Positions 1 to 9,900 of a stretch of 64,000 nucleotides of DNA are shown here, piece by piece; position 1 is the first letter of the stretch, and the number at the start of each line of letters is the position of its first letter. Below the pieces are notes generated by a model that was given only the letters and a program-made list of their open reading frames with translations, had not been told where the DNA came from and did not search any database. The DNA comes from Utricularia gibba (lineage: Eukaryota; Plantae; Magnoliophyta), in NCBI GenBank assembly GCA_002189035.1, contig NEEC01000127.1, positions 1 through 64,000 on the forward strand, written 5' to 3'. A program made the translations under genes and the position numbers.

Positions 1-340
1 AAGTGGCCACCACGTTCGCGACGATGCGACTTGAACACCAAAATCGACGCGATTGCGATTTTCGGCTTGCAAAACATCTGCGTTTTTTTGGTGATGTGAA
101 ATATGGGTTTTCGAGGCGATCTTTGCACATGCTTAGGGTGTGTCCCTACCGAAGCCTCATGGTTTCCTCGCACACCGCGGCATCTCGTCGATATCCTGAA
201 GACCGTGATGAGTCACGCTGCCCGGAATACCGTTTCGAAGCTCGTTCCGAGCCGGTCATCTTTCCGTGTTGAAAGCTTCTTCGTCCGAGGATGCATCAGA
301 GCTCGAATTATCGCCTTCTATTAGCCTTCAGATGCGCCAC

Positions 341-684
341 AAAGTGGCCACCACGTTCGCGACGATGCGACTTGAACACCAAAATCGACGCGATTGTGAT
401 TTTCGGCTTGCAAAACATCTGCGTTTTTTCGGGTGATGTGAAATATGGGTTTTCGAGGCGATCTTTGCACATGCTTAGGGTGTGTCCCTACCGAAGCCTC
501 ATGGTTTCCTCGCACACCGTTCGGCATCTCGTCGATATCCTGAAGACCGTGATGAGTCACGCTGCGCCCGGCATACCGTTTCGAAGCTCGTTCCGAGCCG
601 GTCATCTTCCGTGTTAAAGCTTCTTCGTCCGAGGATGCATCAGAGCTCGAATTATCGCCTTCTATTAGCCTTCAGATGCGCCAC
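341..684 (+). repeat. Representative monomer (array consensus 345 bp)
   Basis: Hand-built consensus: AAAGTGGCCACCACGTTCGCGACGATGCGACTTGAACACCAAAATCGACGCGATTGTGATTTTCGGCTTGCAAAACATCTGCGTTTTTTCGGGTGATGTGAAATATGGGTTTTCGAGGCGATCTTTGCACATGCTTAGGGTGTGTCCCTACCGAAGCCTCATGGTTTCCTCGCACACCGTTCGGCATCTCGTCGATATCCTGAAGACCGTGATGAGTCACGCTGCGCCCGGAATACCGTTTCGAAGCTCGTTCCGAGCCGGTCATCTTCCGTGTTGAAAGCTTCTTCGTCCGAGGATGCATCAGAGCTCGAATTATCGCCTTCTATTAGCCTTCAGATGCGCCAC. True length may be 345 or 346 because several homopolymers are unstable between copies. Confidence 0.93.
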
Positions 685-3600
685 AAAGTGGCCACCACGT
701 TCGCGACGATGCGACTTGGAACACCAGAATCGACGCGATTGTGATTTTCGGCTTGCAAAACATCTGCGTTTTTTCGGGTGATGTGAAATATGGGTTTTCG
801 AGGCGATCTTTGCACATGCTTAGGGTGTGTCCTACCGAAGCCTCATGGTTTCCTCGCACACCGTTCGGCATCTCGTCGATATCCTGAAGACCGTGATGAG
901 TCACGCTGCGCCCGGAATACCGTTTCGAAGCTCGTTCCGAGCCGGTCATCTTCCGTGTTGAAAGCTTCTTCGTCCGAGGATGCATCAGAGCTCGAATTAT
1001 CGCCTTCTATTAGCCTTCAGATGCGCCACAAAGTGGCCACCACGTTCGCGACGATGCGACTTGAACACCAGAATCGACGCGATTGTGATTTTCGGCTTGC
1101 AAAACATCTGCGTTTTTTGGGTGATGTGAAATATGGGTTTTCGAGGCGATCTTTGCACATGCTTAGGTGTGTCCCTACCCGAAGCCTCATGGTTTCCTCG
1201 CACACCGTTCGGCATCTCGTCGATATCCTGAAGACCGTGATGAGTCACGCTGCGCCCGGCATACCGTTTCGAAGCTCGTTCCGAGCCGGTCATCTTCCGT
1301 GTTGAAAGCTTCTTCGTCCGAGGATGCATCAGAGCTCGAATTATCGCCTTCTATTAGCCTTCAGATGCGCCACAAAGTGGCCACCACGTTCGCGACGATG
1401 CGACTTGAACACCAAGAATCGACGATTGTGATTTTCGGCTTGCAAAACATCTGCGTTTTTTCGGGTGATGTGAAATATGGGTTTTCGAGGCGATCTTTGC
1501 ACATGCTTAGGGTGTGTCCTACCGAAGCCTCATGGTTTCCTCGCACACCGTTCGGCATCTCGTCGATATCCTGAAGACCGTGATGAGTCACGCTGCGCCC
1601 GGAATACCGTTTCGAAGCTCGTTCCGAGCCGGTCATCTTCCGTGTTTAAAGCTTCTTCGTCCGAGGATGCATCAGAGCTCGAATTATCGCCTTCTATTAG
1701 CCTTCAGATGCGCCACAAAGTGGCCACCACGTTCGCGACGATGCGACTTGAACACCAAATCGACGCGATTGTGATTTTCGGCTTGCAAAACATCTGCGTT
1801 TTTGGGTGATGTGAAATATGGGTTTTCGAGGCGATCTTTGCACATGCTTAGGGTGTGTCCCTACCCGAAGCCTCATGGTTTCCTCGCACACCGTCGGCAT
1901 CTCGTCGATATCCTGAAGACCGTGATGAGTCACGCTGCGCCCGGAATACCGTTTCGAAGCTCGTTCCGAGCCGGTCATCTTCCGTGTTAAAGCTTCTTCG
2001 TCCGAGGATGCATCAGAGCTCGAATTATCGCCTTCTATTAGCCTTCAGATGCCCACAAAGTGGCCACCACGTTCGCGACGATGCGACTTGAACACCAAAA
2101 TCGACGCGATTGTGATTTTCGGCTTGCAAAACATCTGCGTTTTTTCGGGTGATGTGAAATATGGGTTTTCGAGGCGATCTTTGCACATGCTTAGGGTGTG
2201 TCCTACCGAAGCCTCATGGTTTCCTCGCACACCGTTCGGCATCTCGTCGATATCCTGAAGACCGTGATGAGTCACGCTGCGCCCGGAATACCGTTTCGAA
2301 GCTCGTTCCGAGCCGGTCATCTTCCGTGTTTAAAGCTTCTTCGTCCGAGGATGCATCAGAGCTCGAATTATCGCCTTCTATTAGCCTTCAGATGCGCCAC
2401 AAAGTGGCCACCACGTTCGCGACGATGCGACTTGGAACACAAAATCGACCGATTGATTTTCGGCTTGCAAAACATCTGCGTTTTTTCGGGTGATGTGAAA
2501 TATGGGTTTTCGAGGCGATCTTTGCACATGCTTAGGTGTGTCCCTACCCGAAGCCTCATGGTTTCCTCGCACCGTTCGGCATCTCGTCGATATCCTGAAG
2601 ACCGTGATGAGTCACGCTGCGCCCGGCATACCGTTTCGAAGCTCGTTCCGAGCCGGTCATCTTCCGTGTTTGAAAGCTTCTTCGTCCGAGGATGCATCAG
2701 AGCTCGAATTATCGCCTTCTATTAGCCTTCAGATGTGCCACAAAGTGGCCACCACGTTCGCGACGATGCGACTTAACACCAAATCGACGCGATTGTGATT
2801 TTCGGCTTGCAAAACATCTGCGTTTTTTCGGGTGATGTGAAATATGGGTTTTCGAGGCGATCTTTGCACATGCTTAGGGTGTGTCCTACCGAAGCCTCAT
2901 GGTTTCCTCGCACACCGTTCGGCATCTCGTCGATATCCTGAAGACCGTGATGAGTCACGCTGCGCCCGGAATACCGTTTCGAAGCTCGTTCCGAGCCGGT
3001 CATCTTCCGTGTTTAAAGCTTCTTCGTCCGAGGATGCATCAGAGCTCGAATTATCGCCTTCTATTAGCCTTCAGATGCGCCACAAAGTGGCCACCACGTT
3101 CGCGACGATGCGACTTGAACACCAAATCGACGCGATTGTGATTTTCGGCTTGCAAAACATCTGCGTTTTTTCGGGTGATGTGAAATATGGGTTTTCGAGG
3201 CGATCTTTGCACATGCTTAGGGTGTGTCCTACCGAAGCCTCATGGTTTCCTCGCACACCGTTCGGCATCTCGTCGATATCCTGAAGACCGTGATGAGTCA
3301 CGCTGCGCCCGGCATACCGTTTCGAAGCTCGTTCCGAGCCGGTCATCTTCCGTGTTTAAAGCTTCTTCGTCCGAGGATGCATCAGAGCTCGAATTATCGC
3401 CTTCTATTAGCCTTCAGATGCCACAAAGTGGCCACCACGTTCGCGACGATGCGACTTGAACACCAAAATCGACGCGATTGTGATTTTCGGCTTGCAAAAC
3501 ATCTGCGTTTTTTCGGGTGATGTGAAATATGGGTTTCGAGGCGATCTTTGCACATGCTTAGGGTGTGTCCCTACCGAAGCCTCATGGTTTCCTCGCACAC

Positions 3601-3755
3601 CGTTCGGCATCTCGTCGATATCCTGAAGACCGTGATGAGTCACGCTGCGCCCGGAATACCGTTTCGAAGCTCGTTCCGAGCCGGTCATCTTCCGTGTTGA
3701 AAGCTTCTTCGTCCTCAGAGCTCGAATTATCGCCTTCTATTAGCCTTCAGATCAC

Positions 3756-3930
3756 AAAGTGGCCACCACGTTCGCGACGATGCGACTTGAACACCAAATC
3801 GACCGATTGTGATTTTCGGCTTGCAAAACATCTGCATGTGAAATATGGGTTTTCGAGGCGATCTTTGCACATGCTTATTCAAGATGCATCAGAGCTCGTT
3901 ATCGCCTTCTATAGCCTTCAGATGTGCCAC
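3756..3930. other. Half-length (175 bp) monomer
   Basis: AAAGTGG at 3756 and 3931. CACATGCTTA-TTCAA-GATGCATC joins monomer position ~137 to ~294, and there is a further 13-bp loss at ~3835. Confidence 0.8.
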
Positions 3931-6900
3931 AAAGTGGCCACCACGTTCGCGACGATGCGACTTGAACACCAAAATCGACGCGATTGTGATTTTCGGCTTG
4001 CAAAACATCTGCGTTTTTTCGGGTGATGTGAAATATGGGTTTTCGAGGCGATCTTTGCACATGCTTAGGGTGTGTCCTACCGAAGCCTCATGGTTTCCTC
4101 GCACACCGTTCGGCATCTCGTCGATATCCTGAAGACCGTGATGAGTCACGCTGCGCCCGGCATACCGTTTCGAAGCTCGTTCCGAGCCGGTCATCTTCCG
4201 TGTTAAAGCTTCTTCGTCCGAGGATGCATCAGAGCTCGAATTATCGCCTTCTATTAGCCTTCAGATGCGCCACAAAGTGGCCACCACGTTCGCGACGATG
4301 CGACTTGTAACACCAGAATCGACGCGATTGATTTTCGGCTTGCAAAACATCTGCGTTTTTTCGGGTGATGTGAAAATATGGGTTTTCGAGGCGATCTTGC
4401 ACATGCTTAGGGTGTGTCCCTACCCGAAGCCTCATGGTTTCCTCGCACACCGTTCGGCATCTCGTCGATATCCTGAAAGACCGTGATGAGTCACGCTGCG
4501 CCCGGAATACCGTTTCGAAGCTCGTTCCGAGCCGGTCATCTTCCGTGTTGAAGCTTCTTCGTCGAGGATGCATCAGAGCTCGAATTATCGCCTTCTATTA
4601 GCCTTCAGATGCCACAAAGTGGCCACCACGTTCGCGACGATGCGACTTGAACAAATCGACGCGATTGTGATTTTCGGCTTGCAAAACATCTGCGTTTTTT
4701 CGGGTGATGTGAAATATGGGTTTTCGAGGCGATCTTTGCACATGCTTAGGGTGTGTCCTACCGAAGCCTCATGGTTTCCTCGCACACCGTTCGGCATCTC
4801 GTCGATATCCTGAAGACCGTGATGAGTCACGCTGCGCCCGGCATACCGTTTCGAAGCTCGTTCCGAGCCGGTCATCTTCCGTGTTGAAAGCTTCTTCGTC
4901 CGAGGATGCATCAGAGCTCGAATTATCGCCTTCTATTAGCCTTCAGATGTGCCACAAAGTGGCCACCACGTTCGCGACGATGCGACTTGAACACCAAATC
5001 GACGTGATTGGATTTTCGGCTTGCAAAACATCTGCGTTTTTGGGTGATGTGAAATATGGGTTTTCGAGGCGATCTTGCACATGCTTAGGGTGTTCCCTAC
5101 CCGAAGCCTCATGGTTTCCTCGCACACCGTTCGGCATCTCGTCGATATCCTGAAGACCGTGATGAGTCACGCTGCGCCCGGAATACCGTTTCGAAGCTCG
5201 TTCCGAGCCGGTCATCTTCCGTGTTGAAAGCTTCTTCGTCCGAGGATGCATCAGAGCTCGAATTATCGCCTTCTATTAGCCTTCAGATGCGCCACAAAGT
5301 GGCCCCACGTTCGCGACGATGCGACTTGAACACCAAATCGACGCGATTGTGATTTTCGGCTTGCAAAACATCTGCGTTTTTTCGGGTGATGTGAAATATG
5401 GGTTTTCGAGGCGATCTTTGCACATGCTTAGGGTGTGTCCTACGAAGCCTCATGGTTTCCTCGCACACCGTTCGGCATCTCGTCGATATCCTGAAGACCG
5501 TGATGAGTCACGCTGCGCCCGGAATACCGTTTCGAAGCTCGTTTCCGAGCCGGTCATCTTCCGTGTTTAAAGCTTCTTCGTCCGAGGATGCATCAGAGCT
5601 CGAATTATCGCCTTCTATTAGCCTTCAGATGCGCCACAAAGTGGCCACCACGTTCGCGACGATGCGACTTGTAACACCAAATCGACGCGATTGATTTTCG
5701 GCTTGCAAAACATCTGCGTTTTTTGGTGATGTGAAATATGGGTTTTCGAGGCGATCTTTGCACATGCTTAGGGTGTGTCCCTACCCGAAGCCTCATGGTT
5801 TCCTCGCACACCGTTCGGCATCTCGTCGATATCCTGAAGACCGTGATGAGTCACGCTGCGCCCGGAATACCGTTTCGAAGCTCGTTCCGAGCCGGTCATC
5901 TTCCGTGTTGAAAGCTTCTTCGTCCGAGGATGCATCAGAGCTCGAATTATCGCCTTCTATTAGCCTTCAGATGTGCCACAAAGTGGCCACCACGTTCGCG
6001 ACGATGCGACTTGAACACCAAATCGACGCGATTGTGATTTTCGGCTTGCAAAACATCTGCGTTTTTTCGGGTGATGTGAAATATGGGTTTTCGAGGCGAT
6101 CTTTGCACATGCTTAGGTGTGTCCCTACCGAAGCCTCATGGTTTCCTCGCACACCGTTCGGCATCTCGTCGATATCCTGAAGACCGTGATGAGTCACGCT
6201 GCGCCCGGAATACCGTTTCGAAGCTCGTTCCGAGCCGGTCATCTTCCGTGTTGAAAGCTTCTTCGTCCGAGGATGCATCAGAGCTCGAATTATCGCCTTC
6301 TATTAGCCTTCAGATGCGCCACAAAGTGGCCACCACGTTCGCGACGATGCGACTTGTAACACCAGAATCGACGCGATTGGATTTTCGGCTTGCAAAACAT
6401 CTGCGTTTTTTGGGTGATGTGAAATATGGGTTTTCGAGGCGATCTTTGCACATGCTTAGGGTGTGTCCCTACCGAAGCCTCATGGTTTCCTCGCACACCG
6501 TTCGGCATCTCGTCGATATCTGAAGACCGTGATGAGTCACGCTGCGCCCGGAATACCGTTTCGAAGCTCGTTCCGAGTCATCTTCCGTGTTGAAAGCTTC
6601 TTCGTCCGAGATGCATCAGAGCTCGAATTATCGCCTTCTATTAGCCTTCAGATGCGCCACAAAGTGGCCACCACGTTCGCGACGATGCGACTTGAACACC
6701 AAAATCGACGCGATTGTGATTTTCGGCTTGCAAAACATCTGCGTTTTTTCGGGTGATGTGAAATATGGGTTTTCGAGGCGATCTTTGCACATGCTTAGGG
6801 TGTGTCCTACCGAAGCCTCATGGTTTCCTCGCACACCGTTCGGCATCTCGTCGATATCCTGAAGACCGTGATGAGTCACGCTGCGCCCGGCATACCGTTT

Positions 6901-9900
6901 CGAAGCTCGTTCCGAGCCGGTCATCTTCCGTGTTGAAAGCTTCTTCGTCCGAGGATGCATCAGAGCTCGAATTATCGCCTTCTATTAGCCTTCAGATGCG
7001 CCACAAAGTGGCCACCACGTTCGCGACGATGCGACTTGAACACCAAAATCGACGCGATTGTGATTTTCGGCTTGCAAAACATCTGCGTTTTTTGGGTGAT
7101 GTGAAATATGGGTTTTCGAGGCGATCTTTGCACATGCTTAGGGTGTGTCCTACCCGAAGCCTCATGGTTTCCTCGCACACCGTTCGGCATCTCGTCGATA
7201 TCCTGAAGACCGTGATGAGTCACGCTGCGCCCGGAATACCGTTTCGAAGCTCGTTCCGAGCCGGTCATCTTCCGTGTTGAAAGCTTCTTCGTCCGAGGAT
7301 GCATCAGAGCTCGAATTATCGCCTCTATTAGCCTTCAGATGCGCCACAAAGTGGCCACCACGTTCGCGACGATGCGACTTGAACACCAGAATCGACGCGA
7401 TTGATTTTCGGCTTGCAAAACATCTGCGTTTTTTCGGGTGATGTGAAATATGGGTTTTCGAGGCGATCTTTGCACATGCTTAGGGTGTGTCCCTACCGAA
7501 GCCTCATGGTTTCCTCGCACACCGTTCGGCATCTCGTCGATATCCTGAAGACCGTGATGAGTCACGCTGCGCCCGGAATACCGTTTCGAAGCTCGTTCCG
7601 AGCCGGTCATCTTCCGTGTTAAAGCTTCTTCGTCCGAGGATGCATCAGAGCTCGAATTATCGCCTTCTATTAGCCTTCAGATGCGCCACAAAGTGGCCAC
7701 CACGTTCGCGACGATGCGACTTGAACACCAAATCGACGCGATTGATTTTCGGCTTGCAAAACATCTGCGTTTTTTGGGTGATGTGAAATATGGGTTTTCG
7801 AGGCGATCTTTGCACATGCTTAGGGTGTGTCCCTACCCGAAGCCTCATGGTTTCCTCGCACACCGTTCGGCATCTCGTCGATATCCTGAAGACCGTGATG
7901 AGTCACGCTGCGCCCGGAATACCGTTTCGAAGCTCGTTCCGAGCCGGTCATCTTCCGTGTTAAAGCTTCTTCGTCCGAGGATGCATCAGAGCTCGAATTA
8001 TCGCCTTCTATTAGCCTTCAGATGCGCCACAAAGTGGCCACCACGTTCGCGACGATGCGACTTGAACACCAAATCGACGCGATTGTGATTTTCGGCTTGC
8101 AAAACATCTGCGTTTTTTCGGGTGATGTGAAATATGGGTTTTCGAGGCGATCTTTGCACATGCTTAGGGTGTGTCCCTACCGAAGCCTCATGGTTTCCTC
8201 GCACACCGTTCGGCATCTCGTCGATATCCTGAAGACCGTGATGAGTCACGCTGCGCCCGGCATACCGTTTCGAAGCTCGTTCCGAGCCGGTCATCTTCCG
8301 TGTTTGAAAGCTTCTTCGTCCGATGCATCAGAGCTCGAATTATCGCCTTCTATTAGCCTTCAGATGTGCCACAAAGTGGCCACCACGTTCGCGACGATGC
8401 GACTTGAACACCAAATCGACGCGATTGTGATTTTCGGCTTGCAAAACATCTGCGTTTTTTCGGGTGATGTGAAATATGGGTTTTCGAGGCGATCTTTGCA
8501 CATGCTTAGGGTGTGTCCCTACCCGAAGCCTCATGGTTTCCTCGCACACCGTTCGGCATCTCGTCGATATCCTGAAGACCGTGATGAGTCACGCTGCGCC
8601 CGGAATACCGTTTCGAAGCTCGTTCCGAGCCGGTCATCTTCCGTGTTGAAAGCTTCTTCGTCCGAGGATGCATCAGAGCTCGAATTATCGCCTTCTATTA
8701 GCCTTCAGATGCGCCACAAAGTGGCCACCACGTTCGCGACGATGCGACTTGAACACCAAAATCGACGATTGTGATTTTCGGCTTGCAAAACATCTGCGTT
8801 TTTTGGGTGATGTGAAATATGGGTTTTCGAGGCGATCTTTGCACATGCTTAGGGTGTGTCCCTACCCGAAGCCTCATGGTTTCGCACACCGTTCGGCATC
8901 TCGTCGATATCCTGAAGACCGTGATGAGTCACGCTGCGCCCGGAATACCGTTTCGAAGCTCGTTCCGAGCCGGTCATCTTCCGTGTTGAAAGCTTCTTCG
9001 TCCGAGGATGCATCAGAGCTCGAATTATCGCCTTCTATTAGCCTTCAGATGCGCCACAAAGTGGCCACCACGTTCGCGACGATGCGACTTGAACACCAGA
9101 ATCGACGCGATTGTGATTTTCGGCTTGCAAAACATCTGCGTTTTTTCGGGTGATGTGAAATATGGGTTTTCGAGGCGATCTTTGCACATGCTTAGGGTGT
9201 GCGAAGCCTCATGGTTTCCTCGCACACCGTTCGGCATCTCGTCGATATCCTGAAGACCGTGATGAGTCACGCTGCGCCCGGAATACCGTTTCGAAGCTCG
9301 TTCCGAGCCGGTCATCTTCCGTGTTTAAAGCTTCTTCGTCCGAGGATGCATCAGAGCTCGAATTATCGCCTTCTATTAGCCTTCAGATGCGCCACAAAGT
9401 GGCCACCACGTTCGCGACGATGCGACTTGAACACCAAAATCGACGCGATTGATTTTCGGCTTGCAAAACATCTGCGTTTTTTGGTGATGTGAAATATGGG
9501 TTTTCGAGGATCTTTGCACATGCTTAGGTGTGTCCCTACCGAAGCCTCATGGTTTCCTCGCACACCGTTCGGCATCTCGTCGATATCCTGAAGACCGTGA
9601 TGAGTCACGCTGCGCCCGGAATACCGTTTCGAAGCTCGTTCCGAGCCGGTCATCTTCCGTGTTGAAAGCTTCTTCGTCCGAGGATGCATCAGAGCTCGAA
9701 TTATCGCCTTCTATTAGCCTTCAGATGCGCCACAAAGTGGCCACCACGTTCGCGACGATGCGACTTGAACACCAGAATCGACGCGATTGTGATTTTCGGC
9801 TTGCAAAACATCTGCGTTTTTTCGGTGATGTGAAATATGGGTTTTCGAGGCGATCTTTGCACATGCTTAGGGTGTGTCCTACCGAAGCCTCATGGTTTCC

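Noticed and set aside
196-235. Hammerhead ribozyme (CTGAAGA at 196-202), as in newt satellite 2 or Schistosoma Sm-alpha repeats
   Set aside because: The downstream element is GAAT or GCAT rather than GAAA, and stem II cannot close correctly. There is no CTGANGA on the minus strand (only CTGATGC and CTGAAGG). An Infernal search would settle it.
321-363. tRNA/SINE-type Pol III promoter (GTTCGCGAC at 355-363 resembles the B-box GTTCGAGAC)
   Set aside because: It mismatches at the conserved A, has no convincing A-box at proper spacing, and shows no cloverleaf.
380-470. Phased A/T tracts causing DNA curvature
   Set aside because: Tract spacings are about 18, 13, 13, 16, 9 and 14 bp, not a 10-11 bp period.
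341-684. 5S rDNA, spliced-leader or snRNA tandem gene unit
   Set aside because: No 5S, trypanosomatid/nematode/dinoflagellate SL or U-snRNA signature that I can recognise on either strand.
341-684. CENP-B box
   Set aside because: No TTCG-N4-A-N2-CGGG on either strand. The closest, CCCG...CGAA, has 11 nt between the halves instead of 7.
341-684. Ancestral dimer of ~172-bp subunits
   Set aside because: Only short, inconsistent matches (CACCACGTTCG versus CACACCGTTCG at offset 164; TGAAA and AGCCT at offsets 173-176). Not distinguishable from chance by eye. A self-alignment with shuffled controls is needed.
341-684. Enrichment of 6-bp palindromes (TGGCCA, TCGCGA, GATATC, TTCGAA, AAGCTT, ATGCAT, GAGCTC) suggesting a synthetic polylinker
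   Set aside because: Seven seen against ~5 expected in 345 bp, and they are dispersed rather than clustered.
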